A stretch of 64,000 nucleotides of DNA from positions 32,001 to 96,000 of IMG/VR virus record IMGVR_UViG_3300032284_002843. One strand, written 5' to 3'. This document shows, piece by piece, positions 1 through 7,716 of the stretch. Position 1 is the first letter of the stretch. The number at the start of each line of letters is the position of its first letter. The notes below the pieces were generated by a model. It did no database searches. It saw only the letters and a program-made list of their open reading frames with translations, and was not told where the DNA came from. Both the position numbers and the translations under genes were made by a program. Source of the DNA: a virus.

Positions 1-379
1 TAAGCTGCTGTTTAATCTCAATATCACTAATATTCAAACGATATTGTTCGCAAAGAGTCTTAACTTTAATAAGTTGATCATTAAACTCCGTAGGAATAGT
101 TTCATCGGCAGACAATTCAATATCAAATCTATCAACTGCATCCTGTGTGCTAGCCAACGCAGACTCAATCCAAGATGTCACAGTGTTAATAGTCAACGGG
201 ATACCAAACAACCTATCAATGATAGCCTGTTTAGCCTGTTCAATGGTTTGACTAATTTCAATTTCTTGTTTATGCGTAAGCAGAGGTGCTTTGCCTACGT
301 CTCTCAAATAAAGTTTTACTGGATCTTGATAGCCTTCTGTGTTTTTTACAGTCTTTTTCTGTTCTTTTGAACTACTCAT
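1..379 (-). CDS. rpoD: RpoD-like sigma-70 factor, N-terminal part (runs off window edge; absent from ORF track)
   Basis: Hand translation from ATG 379 (RBS AGGAG): MSSSKEQKKTVKNTEGYQDPVKLYLRDVGKAPLLTHKQEIEISQTIEQAKQAIIDRLFGIPLTINTVTSW..., open to base 2. Matches sigma-70 region 1.2 (DPVRMYLREMG..LLT...EI.IAKRIE) followed by the start of a non-conserved region. Confidence 0.8.
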   Translation of the reverse strand, partial: MSSSKEQKKTVKNTEGYQDPVKLYLRDVGKAPLLTHKQEIEISQTIEQAKQAIIDRLFGIPLTINTVTSWIESALASTQDAVDRFDIELSADETIPTEFNDQLIKVKTLCEQYRLNISDIEIKQQL

Positions 380-388
380 TTCATACTC

Positions 389-956
389 CTATACAATGTC
401 AGCTACAGTAGCAGATTCTGTATTGTTGTCAAGTGGATATTTGACTTGTTTATCTCGTATTCTTTTAACCAACTCATCATGCTCTATTGGCGTATAATCT
501 ATCTGCTCAACAGATACATTGAAATATTTTCCATGTTCAATTTCCAATGCATGAATATGTCCATGTACATTAGCCAATGCCCAATGAGGTACACTGTCAA
601 TATGAACAGGAATATGAGTCAGCCACAATTTATCAACCTTCATACTTCCATGTATGCGATTAAAGTATTTCAAATAATCATTGTGATCAAAAATATCATG
701 ATTGCCCATGATGAGACGCTTATCGCCATTCAATCTACCAAGTGTTGATAGAAAACGTCTGTTGATAACAACATCACCAAGATGATAAACCTTATCATCT
801 GGACGTACAACATTGTTCCAACGTTGTACCATAATTTCGTCTACCTCTGCTGCACAGCTAAATGGTCTTAGAGGACTGCCATCTGGTCTCTTAAAAACCG
901 TGCAGCACTTATCATGACCGAAAGTGTGTATCACTAACGTAGAAAATATTTCTCAT
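389..956 (-). CDS. Calcineurin-like metallophosphoesterase, interrupted by a +1 frameshift near 920
   Basis: Motifs HLGD, GNHD, TH, HGHIH. Likely start ATG 956 after AGGAGG gives MRNIFYVSDTHF, and GHDK continues in the +1 frame (CAC TTT C GGT CAT). Confidence 0.85.
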
Positions 957-1782
957 AGTGATGCCTCCTTTCTGTTATAAACTTTACACATATATCTTGT
1001 TCTATCCATTCTTTATTATAATTAAGTATTTTATCAAACAAATCAATGATTATTTTGATCTTTTTTTCTTGAGTTAGCTTACGATCTGTATAACCTTTCT
1101 GTATATTATTCCTATTTGAAATAAATTGTAGATTTGCCGGATGACGTAAAATTTCAGGTATAACATTAAACTCGTATCCAACTAATCGTGGTACAATATG
1201 ATCTCTAACATATCCATGTCTGTTTTTAAAAGAAAAAAATCCATAGCTATTAAGGCTAGTTATTTCTTCTTCTGTAAAAAAATCAACCATTGAGCCAATC
1301 CAGTTTGATCGAGTATGATATATTTCATATTCCGATTTCTCATTTATAGGAATCCAATATCCTAAATCTTCCATCTTTTGTCTAAATTTTATTTTATATT
1401 CATCTGTCCATTTATCTTTTGATTTTTGCCCAATAATTTTCTTTAACTCATGTGAATGAGGATGAGAATAACTTTCTTTCGTTCTATTTTTATGCATTTT
1501 TTCGACAACATCTTTAGGTAGCTGTTTCCCTCTATTTGCAGACCCAGATTTGTAACGATATTCATCATTAACAGTTGCTTTGACTAGAAAACTTTGTTTA
1601 GCTTTTTGTTCATCATTCCATTTATTGGCAAAGTTAGGATTATTTGAACCTACAAAATTTATAGAATGGGCGACACCCTTACATTTCCTAGAACAATACT
1701 TTGGCGGGCTAACGCCAATTTTGTTTGACCTATAAGTTGTTTTTTCTATGCCACAGATAGAACAAATATATGTTATTTTCAT
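934..1782 (-). CDS. Putative HNH homing endonuclease with Zn-finger and NUMOD3-like segments
   Basis: CxxC...YCSxxC N-terminus, NPNF and HSHELKKII repeats, C-terminal RDHIVP...HPANLQ...NN; very AT-rich. Confidence 0.7.
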   Translation of the reverse strand: MKITYICSICGIEKTTYRSNKIGVSPPKYCSRKCKGVAHSINFVGSNNPNFANKWNDEQKAKQSFLVKATVNDEYRYKSGSANRGKQLPKDVVEKMHKNRTKESYSHPHSHELKKIIGQKSKDKWTDEYKIKFRQKMEDLGYWIPINEKSEYEIYHTRSNWIGSMVDFFTEEEITSLNSYGFFSFKNRHGYVRDHIVPRLVGYEFNVIPEILRHPANLQFISNRNNIQKGYTDRKLTQEKKIKIIIDLFDKILNYNKEWIEQDICVKFITERRHHYEKYFLR

Positions 1783-1789
1783 AGAGATA

Positions 1790-1813
1790 CCTCCTAGATA
1801 TTTACCTAGGAGG
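1790..1813 (-). promoter_or_regulatory. Late promoter (TAAATA) in the loop of an RBS-sequestering hairpin
   Basis: Minus strand CCTCCTAG-gtaaatat-CTAGGAGG, 7 nt before ATG 1782. Confidence 0.75.
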
Positions 1814-1843
1814 CATGTTCAAAATGGGTATCAGTTATAAAAA

Positions 1844-2026
1844 TTATGCAGCGTCGCCGTTTTTCTTAGCCTGTATCTCAGCTCTACGTGCCTTACTTAG
1901 CTTACCAAGTGCTCCTAGTGCCTTTCTGGCTCTGCTAGCAGCGGCCTTGACGCCTTTTTCTTCAAACTTAGCATGTTCTTCTAAATAAGCATTAAATTGA
2001 GCAACGATTTCTTCATGTGTACTCAT
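1844..2026 (-). CDS. Histone H1-like (Hc1-family) small basic protein
   Basis: Start ATG 2026 with AAGGAG; KF..KG.KAAA.RARKAL..L.K....R..I pattern. Confidence 0.7.
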   Translation of the reverse strand: MSTHEEIVAQFNAYLEEHAKFEEKGVKAAASRARKALGALGKLSKARRAEIQAKKNGDAA

Positions 2027-2027
2027 A

Positions 2028-2174
2028 TTATTCTCCTTTAAATTCTTTCTTAAACTTTTCAATTATCGCTTGTGCCTCAGTTGGACTTAAATTTCCAACA
2101 TCTATGTACCAAACCTTACGTTCAGGGATAACATCAGTTGTTTGGTTATCCAAATTAATATTTTGATCAGTCAT
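2028..2174 (-). CDS. 48-aa protein resembling an internal segment of T4-type portal protein gp20 (absent from ORF track)
   Basis: MTDQNINLDNQTTDVIPERKVWYIDVGNLSPTEAQAIIEKFKKEFKGE; its stop abuts the RBS/start of the next gene. Confidence 0.65.
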   Translation of the reverse strand: MTDQNINLDNQTTDVIPERKVWYIDVGNLSPTEAQAIIEKFKKEFKGE

Positions 2175-2223
2175 GTTTACCCCCAGTTTTATATTCTAAT
2201 AATCATTTAGAAAAAATGCAATT

Positions 2224-2715
2224 TTATTGCTGATTCTTAATTTGAGCTATTTGAGCTATTTGAGCTTGGCCTCTAGTCCAGGCCGCAATACCTAAAATAA
2301 ATCCAAATGCGATATGTATAAATCCATTTTCTTTTAATGTAATAGGATTCCAATATTGTTCTTTGGTTAAGATTTGAAGTGCCATTACTTGATCTTTTTC
2401 TGGCATTTTTCTCGCAAGCTCAATGGCTTCAACTGGTTTTACAGTGGTCTTTTCAACCCATACTGGCATAACAATGAAATCAAATATGCATATTGCCATA
2501 TAAACAAATGCCATAGCTGGACGCCAATATTGTTTCATCCAACCTTCTTCTTGTTGGTCAATACCGCTGTCTACAATCTTTTTATCTATACCTGCCTGTG
2601 CTAATCCAACTTGCGCTTGTGCTTGTGCTGCAGCAGGATTTTGTGTGGCAACTATTACCTGAGGTCCATTATTCAAATTGACCTGTGTATCTATAGGTTC
2701 GTTATTTTCTGGCAT
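2224..2715 (-). CDS. Holin (GTA/3TM-type family)
   Basis: WRPAMAFVYMAICIFDF and HIAFGFILGIAAWTRG hydrophobic segments; adjacent to spanins. Confidence 0.7.
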   Translation of the reverse strand: MPENNEPIDTQVNLNNGPQVIVATQNPAAAQAQAQVGLAQAGIDKKIVDSGIDQQEEGWMKQYWRPAMAFVYMAICIFDFIVMPVWVEKTTVKPVEAIELARKMPEKDQVMALQILTKEQYWNPITLKENGFIHIAFGFILGIAAWTRGQAQIAQIAQIKNQQ

Positions 2716-2750
2716 GTGTCATTACCTAATATATTAGTATTTAATGACAC
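2716..2750 (-). promoter_or_regulatory. Late promoter inside a hairpin abutting the holin start
   Basis: Minus strand GTGTCATTA-aatactaatatattagg-TAATGACAC-ATG; TAAATA straddles the 5' arm and loop. Confidence 0.7.
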
Positions 2751-2772
2751 CGTGGATTTTTAAAAGTGTGTT

Positions 2773-3105
2773 TTAATTCTTGGTAATATTTTTGTAATAA
2801 ACAATAATTGCCTTTTGCTGTTCTATGTATCTCTTTAAATCAGCAAAATCAATCATTAATGCTTGATAATCCTCTGGACTAATAGCGATAATTGTAAATC
2901 GTCCATTGTTATTTTTACCTAATTCAGCAATAATTTGATTTACATTCTGTTCATTAATGATTTTCCAAGCAGGTGTAGCCATTTTTACAGGAGCAGGATC
3001 TGCTGGCTGAGACCAATTAACGTTAACAGGTTTTGTCTCTACATCTAGGGTTTCGGCACAGGCTGCAAGTAATAATAGGCTACCTAGACAAAATAATTTT
3101 TTCAT
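2773..3105 (-). CDS. Outer-membrane spanin lipoprotein (Rz1-like)
   Basis: Signal peptide with lipobox LAAC, Pro-rich linker, C-terminal LKRYIEQQKAIIVYY; overlaps the i-spanin stop. Confidence 0.8.
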   Translation of the reverse strand: MKKLFCLGSLLLLAACAETLDVETKPVNVNWSQPADPAPVKMATPAWKIINEQNVNQIIAELGKNNNGRFTIIAISPEDYQALMIDFADLKRYIEQQKAIIVYYKNITKN

Positions 3106-3509
3106 TTTTTTGCCTTATCTTGATCTGGTTGTGTTGCAGATTCAATACCACCAAATATAGCCTGAGTATCTTGTTGCATTTGTTGTTCTGTGGCTTGAAT
3201 ATTTTGACTGGCTTGAACAGGAATATTTGTTTTCATTATATTCCTAACCGTGTTTGTATAACTGCTATTAGATGCATTTTGTCTAAGCTGCAAGTCTAAT
3301 ATTGCAGCATTTTGCTTAACCGCTGCTTCTTGTAAGCCAGCAATGGTTTCTTTTTGTATTTTAACAGCATCTTCCAGTTTGGCATTGTTCTGTTCCAAAA
3401 CTTTTATTTGATTTTGGCTCCAATCCCAATAGAAATAGCCTGCTATACCTAATAGCGCAATTACAATACCTAAAGCTAAAATTATTTTAGATTCAATGGA
3501 TGAAAACAT
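3102..3509 (-). CDS. Inner-membrane spanin (Rz-like)
   Basis: Single N-terminal TM helix followed by coiled coil; directly upstream of the lipoprotein. Confidence 0.8.
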   Translation of the reverse strand: MFSSIESKIILALGIVIALLGIAGYFYWDWSQNQIKVLEQNNAKLEDAVKIQKETIAGLQEAAVKQNAAILDLQLRQNASNSSYTNTVRNIMKTNIPVQASQNIQATEQQMQQDTQAIFGGIESATQPDQDKAKK

Positions 3510-3522
3510 ACACTATTTAGTA

Positions 3523-3780
3523 TTAATTATCATCATTTTTTACCAATTTTAGCATGGCCTGATAACATTCATATTGTGTAGCTACGGCTGGATTTTCTGC
3601 TCTAATCTTGGCTTCTGCTTCCATTTGTGTTTTATACTTTCTTACCCAATCAATAGCAGAGACGATATCGTTGTTAACAGTAATGTTCACCCGCGTTTTG
3701 TCGTAATCATTACTGGTGTGAATATAAAACCAATCATGCGGATACACATCTACTATTGTTCTGTTCACAAATTCAACCAT
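3523..3780 (-). CDS. Hypothetical protein
   Basis: ATG 3780 with GGAGG RBS; C-terminal NPAVATQYECYQAMLKL. Confidence 0.65.
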   Translation of the reverse strand: MVEFVNRTIVDVYPHDWFYIHTSNDYDKTRVNITVNNDIVSAIDWVRKYKTQMEAEAKIRAENPAVATQYECYQAMLKLVKNDDN

Positions 3781-4021
3781 TGGACCTCCATATTGATAAT
3801 TTATCTGCTTGTTCTTTTGTCTTAATACTATAAAAACTTTCGGCATAAGCAAGATTCAACAATACCATATGATCAGTATTATATATTTCGCAAATATGTC
3901 CAATAGATCCTGGTCCGTATGTCGAACGAAGAAACGGACTGTGTCTAATCTTATGCTGTTTGATAAAAATTCTTATGTCATTCAAATTTGAATGTATAAA
4001 AATTACATGTTTAGTCTTCAT
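3773..4021 (-). CDS. Hypothetical protein
   Basis: Start MKTKHV overlapping the upstream gene end; operon-like packing. Confidence 0.6.
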   Translation of the reverse strand: MKTKHVIFIHSNLNDIRIFIKQHKIRHSPFLRSTYGPGSIGHICEIYNTDHMVLLNLAYAESFYSIKTKEQADKLSIWRSNG

Positions 4022-4661
4022 CTGTCCAGTCACTTTCATCTGCCTCCTCGATATGTTCGTCACCGTCACCTATATAATCATTCTTACCAGTAAACCAGCC
4101 AATCAGGGGTTTCAAAGCTGATTTAGCCTTAGCCAACATCTGCTGTTCCTTTTCATCATACCATTTATAATAATCTTCATTGCTTTGCAATATCCTGTAT
4201 TCATTATGATACGAAAAGCTTAACAGTGCTGCATCTTCTTTAGTAAAAATATCACATATATAGAACTCTGTGCCACACCCACCTGTTATCTTTCGAATCT
4301 TGCTATAACGCATACTTTGCTGGTCCATGTACTGTTTCATAGATGCTAAGTTTCCATGAATCAACAACCTAGCATAAGGCCCTTCAGATTTTTTTAGCCG
4401 TTCCCTATCCTCCTTGGTCAACGGCCGCAGCTCTGCTTCATTGTCGTCATTGATTGTAAGCAAACAATGTTTAAATTTGATGCTACCTTTGGTGTGGGGA
4501 TTATCACTTGTTTCTTTGGTACTCCACGGAATATTGGCATCAAGATGATTAATGTAAAAAGATTTTCCATTTGCCTTAATCGTCCACATAGGAATACTCG
4601 GATCCTCTAGGTGTTTCTTGTTAAAGTGGAAAACTGCTGTATCACATGCTAATTCAACCAT
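4011..4661 (-). CDS. Hypothetical protein
   Basis: Strong RBS AAGGAG; FHFNKKHL..P.IPMW...HTKGSIKF N-domain and acidic tail. Confidence 0.8.
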   Translation of the reverse strand: MVELACDTAVFHFNKKHLEDPSIPMWTIKANGKSFYINHLDANIPWSTKETSDNPHTKGSIKFKHCLLTINDDNEAELRPLTKEDRERLKKSEGPYARLLIHGNLASMKQYMDQQSMRYSKIRKITGGCGTEFYICDIFTKEDAALLSFSYHNEYRILQSNEDYYKWYDEKEQQMLAKAKSALKPLIGWFTGKNDYIGDGDEHIEEADESDWTDED

Positions 4662-4678
4662 TTGTTTCTCCTTTCATG

Positions 4679-4777
4679 TTAAAAATGGCCAACAAAAAAC
4701 CTGCAAGGCGAATAGCCGTGCAGGTTCATCAAAATCAAACTAAAATAAATTAAAACCTAGTGCTCTTTTAACATCAT
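4679..4777 (-). other. Candidate leader ORF MMLKEH-UAG; amber read-through extends it to 32 codons across a terminator
   Basis: ATG 4777, TAG 4759-4757, next in-frame stop TAA 4681-4679 just before the RBS of the 4661 gene; TAAATA box upstream. Confidence 0.45.
4694..4726 (-). terminator. Rho-independent terminator
   Basis: Minus strand AACCTGCACGGC-tattc-GCCTTGCAGGTT followed by TTTT. Confidence 0.8.
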
Positions 4778-4791
4778 AATCCTATTTAGTT

Positions 4792-4865
4792 TGGTGCTTC
4801 GTGTGAGATTTGAACTCACCTTCGCAGTTTTAGAGACTGCTGGTCCGCCACTGACCCAACGAAGC
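4792..4865 (-). tRNA. tRNA with CUA anticodon (amber suppressor), 74 nt, encoded CCA
   Basis: Full cloverleaf: acceptor GCTTCGT/ACGAAGC, D stem GGTC/GACC, anticodon arm GCAGT-CTCTAAA-ACTGC, T arm GTGAG-TTCAAAT-CTCAC, A73, CCA. Confidence 0.92.
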
Positions 4866-4879
4866 GTATTGTTAATATA

Positions 4880-6061
4880 TTAGGTATAAACCGTGGTGTC
4901 AACCTTATCTAGCAACTGTTCTTTGGTAGCAGTATAGCCACTTTTAGCCCAGATGTGTTTCAACGCTTGGATAACTTTGCCATAATGCGGGCCAGGTTTC
5001 ATGCCCAGCTTCATTAAATCAAAGCCATTAACTGGAAACACAGGGATAGGCCATTCTGCCAAGACAGCTTGATCAAAGGCATCAATATCAAAGATTTTGG
5101 CCATTTTGCATACCCAATCTCGTCTAACGCCATCTACAGCCAACAAATAATAGGGATTAAAATCGGTTTTATACTGATGAGCCTCTACAAACTCAGCCCA
5201 ATCCTGTTCCTCTTTACTGGTTTTCCATTTCTTCAGCAGCTCTCTGGTGATTACGGGTCCATACAACGTATGCAGAATCGCAATAGGATCAGGCTCGCGG
5301 CTGTGCAGTCTTTCAGCGTTATAGATCCAGTCACATTCTGAAGGCAAATCAATAAATTCTGCAACATCATACTGATGGATTTGCAAAATCATTTTTGGAC
5401 CATATGGTCCTGCTAGAATCTGCCGGATCTCACTCCATACACGCTCACGGCTGATAGATTTTAAGCCAGCGGCATTAGCCATAATATGCTTGGCGTCAGC
5501 AGGATACTCCGTTCGATCACGTTCTGGATCAATGCCATACCTAGCACGGAACCTGAACCAACGAAGGATTCGTAGATAATCCTCTTTGATACGTTGATCA
5601 GCATTGCCAACAAAACGCACGCGATAATTCAGCAAATCATTATATCCGTCAAAGGGGTCGATCAGTACACCGTCGAAGGTAAAACTCATAGCGTTGATCG
5701 TAAAGTCACGCCTTGCGAGATCTTCCAACCAATCTCTCGTATATGCCACAGTGGCTCGCCTGCCGTCCGTTGCAACATCCAAGCGCAGGCTGGTGATTTC
5801 ATATACTCCACTGTCCAGTACCACCGTTATAGTACCGTGATCAATACCGGTGGGAATATGTCGAATGTCCGCATTTTGATAGATAGAGATCTGTTCAACA
5901 GGATCAGCGTCGGTGCAGAGATCAATATCCTTAGGCTGTTTACCAGCCAAGTGATCTCGCACACAACCGCCCACAAATCTCAAATCAAAACCTTGAGTTT
6001 GAAAGAGATTACGAAGATTCTGCAAATCTTGATTAAGTAACGGATCAATATTAAAAATCAT
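4880..6061 (-). CDS. cca: Class II CCA-adding tRNA nucleotidyltransferase
   Basis: VGGCVRD, DIDL, GIDHGT, RRDFTINAM, EDYLRILRWFRF, ERVWSE motifs. Confidence 0.92.
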   Translation of the reverse strand: MIFNIDPLLNQDLQNLRNLFQTQGFDLRFVGGCVRDHLAGKQPKDIDLCTDADPVEQISIYQNADIRHIPTGIDHGTITVVLDSGVYEITSLRLDVATDGRRATVAYTRDWLEDLARRDFTINAMSFTFDGVLIDPFDGYNDLLNYRVRFVGNADQRIKEDYLRILRWFRFRARYGIDPERDRTEYPADAKHIMANAAGLKSISRERVWSEIRQILAGPYGPKMILQIHQYDVAEFIDLPSECDWIYNAERLHSREPDPIAILHTLYGPVITRELLKKWKTSKEEQDWAEFVEAHQYKTDFNPYYLLAVDGVRRDWVCKMAKIFDIDAFDQAVLAEWPIPVFPVNGFDLMKLGMKPGPHYGKVIQALKHIWAKSGYTATKEQLLDKVDTTVYT

Positions 6062-6067
6062 GCCAGT

Positions 6068-6095
6068 AGTTTAGCATGATTTAACATGATGTCAA
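6068..6095 (-). promoter_or_regulatory. Sigma-70-type promoter, probably leaderless
   Basis: TTGACA-16-TAAACT (TG extension), 6 nt before ATG 6061, no SD. Confidence 0.7.
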
Positions 6096-6116
6096 CCATT
6101 TGGGCAAGTTATTTTA

Positions 6117-6296
6117 TTACAGGTCCTCAGTCTCAAGACCATTGTTAATAGCACAGGAGTCGTAACCATCATCAAATCCCCGTTCATATACCTCCTCGAC
6201 CAGAGCCGCAATGCGATCTGTGGTTAGCATCTGATTACGGTGTAAATCAAAAAGTCGATCAACGATCTCATTAACATATTGATGGTTCTTCATCAT
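6117..6296 (-). CDS. Hypothetical 59-aa acidic protein (absent from ORF track)
   Basis: MMKNHQYVNEIVDRLFDLHRNQ...ETEDL; preceded by TTGACA-16-TATCAT 6 nt upstream. Confidence 0.65.
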   Translation of the reverse strand: MMKNHQYVNEIVDRLFDLHRNQMLTTDRIAALVEEVYERGFDDGYDSCAINNGLETEDL

Positions 6297-6326
6297 ACCA
6301 TTATGATAGCAGATATTGGACGTTTG

Positions 6327-6816
6327 TCAACCATAATATTGTTGGACAGTCGCACAAAAATTATCCCACCCTGGACCAAAATATCGAACATTATATCTAG
6401 CATCTGGATTATGCTTGACTTCAAGTTTAATCTGTTGCTCTAGATCAAATGCACGTTTATATTCTGGATCCCATCCAATAATAAGTGGACGATCGACAAC
6501 TTCTTGTCCAACATACGCTAGTTGCTTGCCAAGTTCAAATAACGTTATCGGGCATAACGTATCCTTGGGGAACCAAAATAGAACAGCCGTGCATCTATTC
6601 AATGCATCATGCTCCCAGGCTATTTGTTCGGCGGCAATGTCTCCCCGGGTTTCAAAATGACCTTTTTCTTCTGGGATTGATAAGATCGTACCTATCTGTA
6701 TTGACCAGTGTTACTATTATATCTTGCCAGTTTGGACAGTTGCTGATGCCGCCGGCTAGAAAAATTTGCGTATTAAGTTTAGCAAGATCTAAGTTATCTG
6801 GTGATTGTATATACAT
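6327..6816 (-). CDS. Nucleoside 2-deoxyribosyltransferase-like protein, interrupted by a +1 frameshift at about 6654-6666
   Basis: ATG 6816 (GGAG RBS) gives IFLAGGISNCPNWQ...INPRRK; the +1 frame gives EQIAWEHDAL...VLFWFP..TLCPITLFELG, the two halves of this family. Confidence 0.8.
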
Positions 6817-6849
6817 TACACGTCTCCATGCATATTATATACAATCTTT

Positions 6850-7662
6850 TTAGTTTCCGCACTTCTTCTTTTTAGCTGTGCTCAAAAGAATCGTGTTTAT
6901 TGTCCAAATATCATGTTTATCTGTTTTAGCATCCGGTACAGAAAACTTGATCCCTGTGACCTTTTCAACATCCTGTACAGTTACCTGATAGTTTGTTAGA
7001 TCCTTGCCTTCTTTCTTGCTGTTTTCAAATATAAAGGCTAAGGATTCTTTTTTCTTGTTATCGATAACTATTTTATAGAACGCAGTTGGTACAACAACCT
7101 TGTTTGGTCCTATATGTTTGTCATTGCCTACATCATATATTGGTCCAGCATAGACAGTAATATCTGTGTCATTATTGTATGTCCAGGCACGAACTGCTGT
7201 TTCCAATGTCTTCCATATTCCTCTGTTAAGCTCTGGGGTCTGTGGCGTCATGTTACTGAGCAGGAAACTTTCACGTTCTACAGTTTCATCCCAGCTCATA
7301 TCGGCGTCGTTGGCAATATGTCCTGTGTCATATCCACTGCCTGCGTAATCAGCCAATGTGCTGCGTTGTTCTCTAGCCAAACTTTGATCGCTGCTAAATG
7401 CATTGCTTCTAGCAACACAACCAATAGCATGATTGGATGTAAGGGTATAAACTACCCAGATTGGAATTTTAGCTTCGGGATCATACCTAACTTCATATGC
7501 TGTTCTACAAATAGTCACAGCATCTTTATTATGATCCTGAGGAGTGCCATATTTGCTAAAGCTTTCACAATGGCTAAGTGGTTTTGGTGCAGGTTGGTCC
7601 GCAGCCTGTGCACCAAATGCAATAAACGCTCCTAGTACTGGTAAAATCATTAATCTGTTCAT
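6850..7662 (-). CDS. Sugar non-specific DNA/RNA endonuclease (NucA/Serratia family) with signal peptide
   Basis: GYDTGH, NMTPQ...NRGIW..LE, VPTAFYK; N-terminal signal ending AQA. Confidence 0.9.
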   Translation of the reverse strand: MNRLMILPVLGAFIAFGAQAADQPAPKPLSHCESFSKYGTPQDHNKDAVTICRTAYEVRYDPEAKIPIWVVYTLTSNHAIGCVARSNAFSSDQSLAREQRSTLADYAGSGYDTGHIANDADMSWDETVERESFLLSNMTPQTPELNRGIWKTLETAVRAWTYNNDTDITVYAGPIYDVGNDKHIGPNKVVVPTAFYKIVIDNKKKESLAFIFENSKKEGKDLTNYQVTVQDVEKVTGIKFSVPDAKTDKHDIWTINTILLSTAKKKKCGN

Positions 7663-7716
7663 ATTATCACCTGTCTGTGCGTATATTTATAGCATATTTT
7701 CCATAAATATTAAACC

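Noticed and set aside
377-391. Amber read-through fusing the phosphoesterase to the sigma factor (TAG GAG TAT GAA ATG is in frame)
   Set aside because: The TAG is part of the sigma gene's AGGAG RBS, and in-frame spacing has a one-in-three chance; no other support.
4792-4865. tRNA-Pyl
   Set aside because: Canonical 5-bp anticodon stem, GG in the D loop and TTC in the T loop; no pyl genes seen.
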